Of a DNA stretch of 64,000 bases, positions 46,406 through 59,700 are shown one piece after another. The position numbers and the translations under genes are program-made. The DNA comes from Balanoglossus misakiensis (Eukaryota > Animalia > Hemichordata): the NCBI GenBank assembly GCA_040954595.2, contig CM082586.2, positions 4,719,125 to 4,783,124 of the forward strand, given 5' to 3'. The notes beneath the pieces are model-generated. The model searched no databases. It was not told the origin of the DNA and was given only the letters and a program-made list of their open reading frames with translations. Position 1 is the first letter of the stretch. Each line of letters opens with the position of its first letter.

Positions 46406-47464
46406 TATTCTTCAAACAATGAACAATTCAATTGTACATGTACCATCTGCATTGACAACCGCAATCAGCAGCGGCGGCAAGATATTCACGTGTGAATCAC
46501 TGTCTTCTGCCAAATGATCATTTCACTGTGAAATTACTCTATTATCGCTCTTATAATCGACGCTATCTTGTCATTATCACGTTTGCTATCATCTTCATCA
46601 AACGGACGCGTTCGCCGGAAGCGCGCGCGCTTGCCTCGTCTGATAGAGCCCCGTAGAATCTGACTCCTCAATCACCAACTGGCAGGTCTGTAAGCGTAAT
46701 TACTCAGACCGTTAACTGGAGTACTAACGAACCGTTTTATCGCCCTAAACGAGACTATATATTTTTTCGCAAGTGTACATAATTAAAAAATAACTAAGAA
46801 GTTAATTTAGAACAAACGTCGTTAAAAACCTATATAACTTTCGAGCATGCATCACCGCGGAAGTGACGGATATCCGACGCCATTTTTCTCCGAACCCGGA
46901 CAGGACAGTGTGGGCAGGACGACCTGCCGCGGTTGATGACCGGAAGAGTCATACGTTTGGATGACTGTTAACGTTTTGACCGCCCGGAAAATTACTGAGA
47001 GTGTTCAGTGCGTTGACACCTGCCGCCAATCTACAGTTATGCGTGTACCAGCCAGATCTGAATCATTCATCGGGTTTATTGCTGGCGTGGGCAATGCCCA
47101 ATACAGCCAATTACACTGCATTAAGTTCCTAATCAATACAACCGACCCGCTGTTTCGCATTTGTATCAACTTGTCGCCGCCCCCACAGATCAGGCTAGAA
47201 ATTTCGGGCGGCGCTGGGTATATAACGCCACGAATTTTCAAAATCGGCCAAATAAAGATCTGTCGTGCAGTTCACGTGTCGGGTAGGCTAAACTCGCGGA
47301 AACCGACTGGACTCGGGCTTATATGTATTCTCAGTGCCGTGTTTCCCGCCAACGGGCAATTACGTGAACATGGCAAGTATAGTTCCCACCCACACCTGCA
47401 TTGGTACACACAGCAGGTCTACCGAGCGCAACTAAAAACACAGTCAAATTATCGGCGCATGCTC

Positions 47465-47712
47465 GCCCGTTGCCCTGGTTTCGCAGAAACACCGTGGTCT
47501 GCGTTTATGCGCGCCGTGACGTCACCTCCAAAGTTGACGTGCGTTGCCGTGTAATTATAGCCGCTGTGAAGAGCCTTGTTTCTGCCAGTGACGTCATCAC
47601 GCCCAATGGCTCGCCTCTCGAGTTAGCGCTGCTCAACTATATTCACAGGCCGCGCGCACGCTCTATTGCCCAACACCTGTTGATGACGTCATCGGATTCG
47701 GACAGCTCCCAG
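47465..47712. promoter_or_regulatory. Cluster of three perfect CRE palindromes plus CCAAT (putative enhancer or orphan promoter)
   Basis: TGACGTCA at 47517, 47589 and 47684; extra TGACG half-site ~47535; CCAAT ~47603; GC-rich context. Confidence 0.45.
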
Positions 47713-50700
47713 GCTCGTGAGCGAGCGCGAGATAGATGCAGGTGATATTCAAACCTCCGTGGCGGTATTGAATGGCCGGCTTAATTAATTCATTGACATC
47801 AATTCCCCGGCATACGCTTGGCGAAATCTGAGCGCATACAATCATTCCCAAATGCCATGTACATCCTTTTATCATCGGAATATCGAATGGCATTCATGAT
47901 ATGCCACTGTTAATAGTTGCGGCGCTTCTCCGGCGATATTAACATGTGAATTACAATAACAACTGAGCATGAGCTGAAAATAGGCCGTCATTCACTCTAA
48001 TTAATTCATACTCGTCATTTAAACAACCATATCAACAGCTGTGGGGAATTTTGGTGAATACAAATTTCGGTCGCGTGTTTTTCACCGAATAATATTATTT
48101 AACTGAAGAGTGTTTTTGTATGTACACGCCCGTTGAGGGAGGTCAACGTGATATTGTGTACGGGTGATAATTGGTTAGGTGTTTACGGGAAAGTCCTGCG
48201 GTTAGCGGTAAACAACTGGGAAGGATTACTTCACGTTTTCGTGGACTATTTATCCGTTGTGAACGCAGGAGATGTGCTCGGTTCGGTTTGGTGTGATGTG
48301 GCGTTCTGTGTTGTGATGAGATGTGATGTGATGCAGTTTGGCGAAGAGTTTGGAGGAGCGAATGGTCGAGGATGTCTGAGAATATGCGAAGTTACAGGCG
48401 ATTAAACACTCGACAAGTGCATTATGTACCCATCCCGCTTCTTCTGTCAAACGTGGAGTCGCATAATCATATAGTGTCGCTTGAATACCATCATGTATGA
48501 CGTCTATCTGAATATCTGGCAGCGCTCAATTGATGCCTTCGTGACCAAAGTTCACAGTTCCCTGTAAATTTAGGCATTACCTCTCGGAAACGGTCACCTG
48601 GATTGTGACTGTTAAAAGTTGGCAGCAAAATATACCAAGGAAAATATAACAAACACAGTAAATTCTCGAAAATGTTAATTATTGAAATCATTGTGGTATA
48701 ATGCCTGTGTTATTAATATGCACACCACCACAGCTTTATGCTAATCGATAGCTCATTGATTATTTTTGCGGTTTTTTTCCCCGAGGGCAATTATCATCTC
48801 CACAGATGAGTTAGCCTAATTAAATATTTAACATTAGATGCTTATTGATTAGAAACCGTTAACTCAATTCATGGCTAGCTCGTCCTCTACTCGGTATGTA
48901 AGGTCAATCAAATTCCAGCGAAGGATATTACTTTTCGACGTTCTGGATCAACTATTGGGAGCCGCGAAATCCTTCGACTTTCAAGTAGCTGTCACTAATT
49001 CGGATTAACGGCGACTTCGTGGAGGCCGTATTGAACCGAGTGGCTGTCATCGGCATGCAGCGCACAGTGCAGTAGCCGTGTCCATATACCCCCAATCGCC
49101 ACACAACATCCATTTATGAGATCACGCAGGCAATGGATACATAATAAAAAAATGTAGGGCGACAAAGTGCGGCATTATATTTCAGCGGATGCCTCGTGGA
49201 AGTACGTGCTCCGCTATCCTCTTTCCTAATTCATATACACAGGCTTTTAACACAAGACCCAAATCAATATGGTTTATTGATGACAATAATTGCACAGAAG
49301 GAGCGGGAAGAGAGAAAGAAAAATGAAACGCACGGGGTTTATATATTCACAGCGATATTGACGCGCGCCAAGGATTAGAAAAGAAATGCGCTGTATCAAC
49401 TCTTCCCAGAACAATTGCGATAAAGGAACGCCGAAATGAAGGACTTCTGTCATTATAGTGGCTAACAGAAGGAGAATGTGCAGTTTTGAAATAACACCTG
49501 CCCCCCTTCTCTGAATTGTTCGAGAGAACCACTTTGATATTCCGGCGGTTGATTCGACAAGTGAGGCTCGCGTCGATGATTGAAGAGGTGGCTTCGGATG
49601 CGCGACGTGAAATATTAGTATTCAGCGAGCGGAGTCTCGCAGCGGAACGGAAGGCAGACATGTTCGGCTCCGCGGGAACAGGCTCAAATTTTGTTCGTTG
49701 TGAAGGTGACACCTGGACTCGAGTGTCATGTCATGCGTGGGCGTGTCGGTGTCATAGAGGGCGCCACAGTTCCATGCAGATACCAGAGCAGGCTTCTGTT
49801 GAGGACTGGTGGGCATCGCATATTTCCTTTAATAAAAGTTCAACAGATAAGATGTATCTCATGTCGGTTCGTGGGACATCGGTTACTCTCGCATCCCTAC
49901 GGAAGCAACCCGATGTTTTATTGTCTTTAAGCGGTCTACTTATCGGCCCCATGACAGCGTTGCGGTTTGTTTGCATATGTCTGTCTGTTTTCCGTTCCTT
50001 GAAGATGGCGGGGTCCGTGTCCGTGCAGTCGATGTACTTGAGGTGGTGACGTGCCCGATCGGTCGGTCGGTCGCGCGTGTCATCCAACCCCGCTCCAAGG
50101 CCGGACTGGGCATTGCATCACAGTTGGCCATCCCATCCACATGCAACGCAGATATGCTTTGACTGTCCGCATTCCTGTTAACTGTTCAGTAACACGACAC
50201 CCACAAAAATGCGAACTGTCAATTACGCAAATCTTTGTCTCGTCACGTTCACCATTCACAGCAAAACCGCTGCAGTTGCTCTTTCCGGTACGTCAGCGCC
50301 ACATCCCGGTCGACGTCAACGCTCGCGCTACTCTGTCGCCCACGTTTTAAAATTTTAAGTTTGGCTTTATCCAGCCATCGTCCGCTCGCACGGGTCGTTA
50401 GCTCTACTACAGACGGAGACCAAGGACCTTGGCGGGCGAAGATGGACATTCAACCTAGTCGGCGAAAATTCACTCCAAAAACACCTATCCAGATATTCGC
50501 AACACATTCAAACTACCTCGGGGTAGATTCTTTTCCGCATTCCCAGAGTGTTTGAGATAACTGTCCAAATTCGACGATACGCGCCACCTCTGCAAGACGC
50601 TTAACGCGCTATGGTATCTAAATAACGCAACCACGCATGTCTTTACTTTCAAAATCGCGCGTGTTCAAACATCTCGCGAGAAATCAAGCAGAAGAGTTTG

Positions 50701-53700
50701 GGTTGCAGCAAGGGGGAAAATAGAAAGCTATGCGAGAAATATTTTCGGATCAATTTTTCGAGTGAAACAATGAATGATATTGAAAAATAGCAGAAATAGT
50801 TTCCAGATGTCGTAACTTCGTGGGCTTGGTGAAAAGGTCGACATTGATATCTGTTCAAATCCCAACGAAATGTGAGAATGCCATTTGTTAATTAAAGCAA
50901 TCAATTAATTCATACATTTTTAATGGTCTAGAAAGTGATGAGTCTTGTGACATTTTATTGACAAAGCAAACAATAATAATTTCAATCTCTTAATGCCCAG
51001 ACTGAATCATCCATAACGGCACCCTTGACCGAAATGTGGCAGTCTATGCGAAATTCTCTCGTAGCCTAGGTCAAAAGTTGCTATAAAACAATTATTGGGC
51101 CGAATCAATGCTTTGTTCTTCGTTGACTGTGCGAGTCTGACTTTGTAACTCACCAGCTAAAGACGGTGATATCTCTCTTGGAAGATTTGATGACTGTGTA
51201 AATGTTCTTGGAAAGAGCACGGTGTCCCCCTGTTCTTCCGAGGTGATTACACACAGCTGCGAGTGTTTAACCCTTTGCACCTTGTTTGGAGGTGTGTCCC
51301 CCGGTGGCAGAGGTCACCAAGGGGTTAACAAACTGAAGACATCACAGTTCCATCACCTCCTGCAAATCTACAACAGTGGCCTAAATTCGTTCTGCCAGTG
51401 CAAGGTGAAGTCAGCCGTGTTGCTTTATACGAGGGAAGAGTCGCCCAACTTGATTGTTTTAGAATATTGGTGTTTTCTGTGCCCAATCTCTGATCGGTTG
51501 TACCATCTGAATCGATGTCATATGCAATGGACACAGTCACAGCATATGTAGTTCCACCGTTTAATTGTTGCCAATACCGAAAATGTGTCGTTTGCTCGTA
51601 TGAAGAGTATGAGTCATAATGCAGTGTCTTTCATTTAAAATAGTACACAGAATTACTGAATTGTTTTATCGCGTTTCCGCACGTCATTAACCTGCGTGTG
51701 GTGACTGTGACAGTGTTAAGAACTGCGTGACTGTTCGAAGGAACTGAAAATGTCTACGGGAGAGATTGCCTACACCCAGTGGTATAACATTCTCTCTGCA
51801 TGACTGAGAGAGAAGCAGACGGACAGACTGTACTGACATGGGGACATCTGAAGCGTTGACAAATGTAGGGTTAGCTGATGGAGAACGATGATCTGACTAC
51901 TGTGGCTTTCGTGTGCGGACTTGCTCGATACGTGAATCGGCACGGCGGGTCTGGCGGCGTTGAGTCCCGTGAAAATACAGGTTGATTGGTTCGACTCTGC
52001 ATCAATCAAATTTTATTTTCTATAACTGGAACTGACATGATTGCAGGGTATACCCGGTGGCGACGCTGATTAGCGGCAAGCAGTAAAACGAAAAAGCGAG
52101 AGAGAAAAAGGAAGTTTCTCGGAATCAGCCTGGATGAGAGCGGGCAGCCCCAGCGCTCCCCGGAGAGAGCGTGTGTATGCCCCCGATGTCGACGTATCCC
52201 GCGAGGAAATTGAGACACCAGGGGTCGGCCGCGGGAAACGCGTGCAACTCTGAGCAGAAAATCAAATTAAAACTGACCGACCCTGGGAGAGACATCGTCG
52301 ACCGGAAACAAAGCACAGGTGAAACGGGCGATCCCAGAAGTCGCAAACGTCAAATCCAGTTCTAAAATAACCTATGTGTATGTCAGTGAAGAATCTCCAT
52401 GGAAAGGTCAAAAAGACATTGTGTTCAGATTCGGATCATTTTCTGAATCGTCAGCGAATAAATATTTCGCCATAATATCCTGGCAGTCATGAATTTTAAA
52501 ATATTAATTATTATTAAATTTTATTAGGTGGAACTTTGGATAAATTGTACAATGCGGAGGTTGTTCCACTTGTGAAGAATAGTTTGAACATTTTTCTATA
52601 TTACCCAGAAGGCCACATTTTACTCGATCCCTGGAAAGATGTGCGACCTTTGACCTCGCCGAGTATTGATCAGCCCGATCAAGAGAAAGAAATAATACCG
52701 TGTCTTTAAACATCACAATCGGTTTCTAATTCTACTACAGCTCTTCTAAAAAGGCTCCGTGTTATATAAAACTATAAGCCGTCACCCCGGACGTCGAAGA
52801 TTTTTAGATAATTACAGCCGCCGCTGTTCTCGAACCCCGCTGAAAAGCAAACGAAAGGGCCTGATCTTGAGTCAATATGTGTTCTGCGCTGAATACGAAT
52901 GAATGTGTTTGGGGAAATGCAATAATTTAAAAACCGCTTTCAGGTTGAGAGATCAATATCGCTTACAAAACAATCATACCTGAAAGATGTACAAAGGTCA
53001 CTGCGTTATTTTATAATCCACGCTTTTAAAAGGTTCCCCAATACCTCCGGGCGGACTAACTTTACCCACTCAGACATTGTCGATTTACGCACAGGCGCAC
53101 GTGATTCGTAGATCGACTGGAATTCTATTGAGACTTGCTATTCGTTATATGCCCTGTAGACTTGTGGCCTATCCCACTCGTCTGCTGAAATTAAACTCGC
53201 CGAATGTTGCATGTGGGCGAACGATATCACCGCGCATCAGGCGGCCATTTTGTTTTGTCTAGGGTTATTTTGAGACGGGCACTGATCACTGCTTAAATTG
53301 CTCGTATTTCACTTGATCTGAGTCGGTCAAGCGTTACAAGCTGTAGTAGATGGATGTAACCTTTGCATTTAGCTCTTTCGCCTGTGAATGACTTGATTTG
53401 ATTACCTTGGGAAATTTGCAGTAACCATCCACACTAATAGTTTTATTTTATTGCAGTCTGCAGTTGAATATCCTACTGCAGCGTCAGAAAAAATGAGAAG
53501 AAAACATTTTGTGGGTTTTTACAAGAACTGAACATGTTCTTTTTTTTTGAAAAAAAGCGTTAAATGCAAATTAGCAATCAACTGGCCTTGCATACTTAAT
53601 GATAAGTCATCTTCATCTTGCTCTGTGTCGATTCACCAATAACGCTGTAAAGTCAATACTTGTGGCAAGTTACATAATATTTTGTCCAGTGTTTCTGGAT

Positions 53701-56700
53701 GGTTCTCGAAAACGTTCTTCGAATATGTAAATTAGTGTAATTTACTTGATGAGCAACCCCAAACATGAATCACTACAGTTTATCTTAGCTGTTGCTCTGT
53801 TTTCTATCAACTGAACGCACAAATTACTCAAGCATTTTGGAAAATGTCTATTCTGAAGTGTGGCCTTTGACACGACTGCACACGATTAACGTAATGAGGA
53901 GTCTTTACACAGATGCGCTGTCCGATAACCGCTACTCCAACGACTCCTACACGTACTTCATTATAGCGTTAAATTAACCATGACGGTCACTATCACACTT
54001 TCCATCTTCACTAGACAACTGACACAAGACAGTCGATTCTCCGTCACTCAAGGCAATGTTCACTCAGTATACGGTTCGGTACACTTGACTCAGCAAACTT
54101 TAAAAAACACCTGCGATAAAACGTTAAAGAAAAAATCCCTTTTCCATGTAGTCGCTTTTTTTCCGTGCGAAGAATTCCCTTTCAGCTGTAAAAGATGTGT
54201 GTTCAGCTCAAATAGACCTTGCTTCAGACTCTTTTAAAGTGGTTTAAGAATTGAAAGGTGTATGCTTGTGCAAGCAAGGGGATGTTAACACATAGTGCAC
54301 TGTGTATACAGTTTGGACAGGATGAACCGCACAGCAAATACCAGATGGTGAATTCAGCTTTTGTGGGACGTGTTGCGTTTGCTGAGATTAAATTATTGTA
54401 TCACCTGCATTACATGGTCAGGTAACTGAAAGCTCTCTGTAAACCCATGTCTGTTCCTCGTGCACAAAAGAGAAAGCCAGTTAGAATACCAATGTGTAAA
54501 TTATCACCGTCTGATTACTCTTTAACGCCGCAGGGCAAGAATCTAACCGTACCCCACCTTTCTCGCCGCACGTAGCGCCACTGTACAAAAATGAAGGTCT
54601 TATATTCGTGCTCACGGTTGACTTGGAATATTATCTTTGGAATCAGAGGTCGCAGGAACTAACTTACATTTAATTTAGCATATTGGGAGAAAATGGTTCA
54701 AAGCCGTTTCCATTTGTGTCAGAAAACGCTGTGTGAAAGTGATACACTTGGTAATCTCTGTGTAGCATTACTGTCATTGTTTCCTGATTCTCCTTTGCTA
54801 TGTCATATGCGAAATCATTAATGGGATAGTACAAAATCTCTGATTTTGTCGCGTTACGACCAAAATCGGATTTGATAAGGTCACGCAGACTTTCAGCTCT
54901 GAAATCTCTGGGGCAATTATAACAAGATGGAGGCGTAGGTGGAACACGATGTTTATCGGGCGTTGTTGATAGGCAATCATTTCCGTCATGACCCGTTTGA
55001 CTGCAAAAACACTGATTGCAATTCAACGCAGTGTTTGTCAGCTAAAATAGTCTGTGGCAGTAATTGTGCGATGTCGTACAAATTTGCTCTCGGTCGAGCG
55101 ATGGGTTCGCTTCCGGGATATCTGACGTGGGACCGCCGCGCGCCAGGCAACAGCATTAGCGTTCAGATCAAATTGTATCATATATAACAGAATTCTGGTG
55201 AATGTTTCACCGGAGACATCTTACTTCGTGTATGTATTTAAACATTAAATCAAGCGCACGTGTGTCAAGTCGTTTTGATAGAGGTGTAATCTGAAATTCT
55301 GTGTATCGATTGGACCGGTTTCAGAGCGGGCGTGTTACACGGGATCGCGTAGCAACGTTCAGGGACGCGTGTATCGAGCGAGTGTCCTTAAGAATGAAGT
55401 GCCGTTCTACAGAAGTCGCTGAATGAACCTAATGTAACCAGTTATGCGTGTGCACACACTTGTCGTCGGTTGTTTTGCTCAACTAAGGGTAATTGGGTAA
55501 TTAGGGGGCCTTAGAAAATTGATGTAGTTTACGTCCTCTCGGTTGTCGATTTTGCAAAATTCCGACATGCTGCTTGCTGCAGGTCTGGTTTTACGATGAA
55601 AGTGACGTGTTGGCCAATTTGCATAAACAGGGTCAAAGCAACTTGCGCGGTTTGGTACCTTTTTCGTGAAATGTTAATACAAACACGACAATCTAAAACC
55701 TTCACGGCTAACTAACCTGTGCGTTTGCGTTTCTTGCTCAGCGATCTACTAGTGATGTGTTTTTAAGAAAGGGGAAACAGTGAACGCTGAACGGATATGC
55801 CTCGGCAACGACCTTGCCAGTTCAACTCAAGGAGATTTGTGAATAGAGAAACGTGACTAAAGAAGTCGCACTACGTGACTCGCTTTTAATCGAAGAAAAG
55901 CGATTGTCCAAAATTGCCCAAGGTTTTCCAAGGGTGAGGAGTGGTTGAAGGCGAGAGGACGAGTTCAGCTTTCAAAGATGGCCGACAATCGAACATCGCA
56001 TCGCCATATTTTAGGTAAAAGTGTGTGTACCTTTGCGAGTGAAGGGGGTCGATTTTGCCAAACAGCTGACTGATGTCTACCCTCAAGGTTGGTGGATTTA
56101 GCGGTGTGCACGGATCATAAGCCTCGGGTCGCGAAACAACATGGCGGCTAATGCGATTTGCATACGAAAGTGGATTAGCTGTGTAGTCATGATTAATTCA
56201 TATTTTAAATCGTCAGTAAGATATAGAGCGTTTATCTATCTGATGTGAGAGATAAACAAATCACTCCCATGTAGAATATTGAATATTTATGTATACGCCG
56301 GGTTCACAAGTCAAACTTTGAAGAGTTCCTCAGCCAAGATCTCCCGCGACAAAATTCTGTCCTGAAGGCTTTGATGTTTTGTCCCGTTATGACTGTCACT
56401 CGATCCACGGGGAATTCTTTATGTGATATCAGAAATATGATGCCACATTAATGTTCCCATCGCAAAAGAATGAAATGTTCGGCTAGGGAGTCTTGTGTCA
56501 TGGCATGAAAAGTTTCTCTTGAGATGTCGAGACACTCAAATTAATAATTCCCGGGTCATTTTTCTCGGAAAAATGAAATGACAACGTGCTGAAAACGAAA
56601 CCGATATTTCTAAAGCTAGTCACGGTAAAAGAAGTCATCACTACAAGGTAAACAATCGGCATCTTTTGACGATTCCAGTCGTCGAGAATTAAGCGAGGTG

Positions 56701-59700
56701 GTCTCCTGGAGACTGGGTGTTTTGTTATACCATTTGTGTAAGTATACCGCGCAAGTTCATTAGAAAGACAATTCTCCCTACCGCAGCGGAAATCAATGAA
56801 CTTGAAGAGATGGCAAGCGCGTACGTAGGTTATGCCATGCGAACCCGCGATGACACAAAAAATGCGATCACAATTATTAATTTCCAGCGCCCATATTGGC
56901 TGATGAAATGCTCTAGTCATGTGAAAGGAATAGGCAAATTGACGATTCAATCTGGCGGGAAAACGAGCGACAGTTTCCCGCTCGTCTCGCGCTTCCGCTT
57001 CTGAAAATGGCAATCGAATCGTTTTGTAGGCAGGAAACGCGTCAAGTAGTTCCCCCACACCTCTGCATCAACGCCTTCGCGACGACATCTCTGACGGTTT
57101 TCCTGCCCGTCTATGATGTTGTTTTTACGGCCGTGGATTTTATCAGTGCCTTGGGGATTTCATGCCACGAATTCCCCCGCAGCTCTAAATTGAGTCTCAC
57201 GACAAGTAGAAAATCATAACTCTGTTTTATGGTATTTTTGAGCTATGAAATAAGCTGTACGCTAAACCTATCACGAATAAAAATTCAATGCAAAGCCTGC
57301 AACTAAAACGTTACTTATTTTTACTGTCGATGGTTACACGGGGTAGGCAACTGTGAATCTTGGCGTCCATGTTTCACGTAGTTTTCATCGGTTCAGAATT
57401 CGTAAAGCATCACTGTCTGCAATGCGAAAAGGGGATCCGACGATAACGTCCACAAGGCCACCTCACAGACAACACCACGCCTCGTGTAATTTCCCATGTC
57501 GACAAACGATTTGGAAGCGTTCCGCAACAGAGATGCAACTGGAACGCCTTAATGAAAAGAAAGTTCCCTGCATGCCCCGCGGCTCAATTAGAAGGCCGGC
57601 GAAATGGGACTATCACAAAGGGAGAATCGGACGCAGATGGCGTCTTATGAAGACGATCAGCAAGGGTGCTTCTTCTGAAGATGTAATGCTGATCGCCGAT
57701 AAGATAAGCGATTTGCATCTTCAAGAGCAATACGCCACAATTTTATCGTCTGCTGGGAAATATACTCAATCTTTATATTATACATTTTTTTCTTGGCGGT
57801 GCAGAAAGTACTGCCGTCATCAAAAGATGGGGCAGATAACTTGAAAGGGCTAACCCGCCAATAGCACTCTAGGTGACTTACCTACGTCATAGGGGCTTAT
57901 ATGCAAATTAGACCAGAAATGAATAAAAGATAGACCCGCGAGAGCAAAATATGGCGTCCTTTAGACTGAGGTGATATGAAATCTTTTAAATGCAAGGACG
58001 TGAGCTGTTATCTTGGTACAGTGAAAACTATATGACAAATGTTTACGTTTTAAAAACATTTTCGGGTATCGATATCGCGCGAGTGATAAGGAAATTAAAA
58101 TTTTAGCACTCAGCCACATTGAATCGTACTGCAAAACAGAAAAAGGCGGGAATAAATGACTGCCCGCGATTCTTCTCAAACTTTAAAATGCACGGTCCGA
58201 AAATTTCAGATAAGTGGCTCTGGATATTAGGCAAATAGCAAAGATTGTCACAAAATAAAAATAATCAAGATATCTACATGGAAAAAAGAATATCCACTCC
58301 CCCCCCGCTCTTAATTTGCATTTTAATATAATGTATTTTGCATTTCAATACTTCATTCAACATTTAAATAACAGAAGATCATGACAATTTCGTGTGTCTC
58401 ACTGTAGTTAAAGTTTTGGTTGTGGTAATGTAAATAGTTTGTTTCTGAACGCGGCCTCTATTCGACGAGAGAAGAAGGGTGCCAACCTGCTCTTCTTCGC
58501 AACACTACATGATGGCCCACTGTATCTGCTAGAAACACAAGACATCTTATGCCAGTAGGTGTTACTGTGAAAAGTTACATGAACTCAATTACAGTCGACG
58601 AATATACTTAAAAGTGGTAAGTCACGATTAAACTTATATCAGGTCAATGCCATATGCAATGCCGGAAATTTGACTAGATTAGACGGAGACCAGCTAAACC
58701 TTTAGTCACGCACCGATACCATATAGAACGGGTTTAATCTGACGAAGAATTCCGTACCAATGACTTCAGCGTGCATCGCAATAAAAAATGTCTTGGATGT
58801 TGAACAGGGTGACCTCATTAAGATACTTGAAGTCACAGGGACTTTACCGCCATACGCGCGATAGTTATGCGCCAAGGTTAACGCGTCAATATGGCAGCGA
58901 ATCCTGTGCGATGGTTTCGCGGAGCGCGCGTTCACGCGGAGAGGAGGACGCGGCGACCGGCGAAATTCGACACCGCGATGTAATAAAGAGAAACGTTCTC
59001 AGATTCACCGGAGGTCGCGAAAAGATCTCTGTCTTGTCTTTCCGTGTGCGTATTTACTGAGACCCGAAAGTGCATTGCACCTGTACGCCTCAGGTTTATG
59101 GTTACAGATTGATACTGCTTTATAATATTTCACGAATGCCGTGGGTTGTGTTGAAACGACGAGGACAGCGCACAATGTATGTATCCAGGTCACAGGTATA
59201 CATGACAAAGAGTTTAATCATAATAATGACATTGTCCTGACACTTCGTGTGATAGATGGACGGACAGTAAATGCCGTCTGTAATAGATAGGGTCACCCTC
59301 TGATATCAAATTATTATCTGCTAAATTGAAAGGCAATTTCTGAGGGGTGAGTGGTGAACGACATCAAACGATCATCAATTTTGCTCGCCATGATTCGCTG
59401 AAATTGAATCTGCAATGATGAGATGTCGGTGTTTGCTGTAGACGCAACGTGAAACTATATAGCTGTTCTGTTGGACATAAGCAGGGCGGTTTTTTTCCTG
59501 TGCGATTTCACTGTCGTTCACCATTCTGTCATCTATCGTGCATCTCGCAATCAAAAGCGACGTTGACTGCTAATGCTGTCATGTTTATCAAGGTCACGTG
59601 ACGACATTAAGGATTTTGAAAAGAATATAGAACGCGCAGGATATACGTACTTAATAATCAGTTGCGATTGCGTCTCTGTTCCCGGTACTCGACACAGAAG

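Noticed and set aside
47691-47711. REST/RE1 site (also half-sites near 2182, 53914, 59163)
   Set aside because: Only one half of the 21-bp RE1 consensus matches in each case.
51154-51256. Possible minus-strand exon ending in a GTGAGT donor
   Set aside because: Acceptor lacks a pyrimidine tract and the peptide is unrecognisable.
44681-57844. Longer ORFs of 160-197 aa (44681-45199, 46961-47554, 49516-50049, 56498-57058, 57353-57844)
   Set aside because: No recognisable domain; Arg/Ser/Cys-rich random composition; several use non-ATG starts; no convincing splice context.
58743-58864. SH3-like peptide (KNVLDVEQGDLIKILE)
   Set aside because: Needs a frameshift to extend, lacks ALYDY and the WW motif, and has no good splice sites; an HMM search would settle it.
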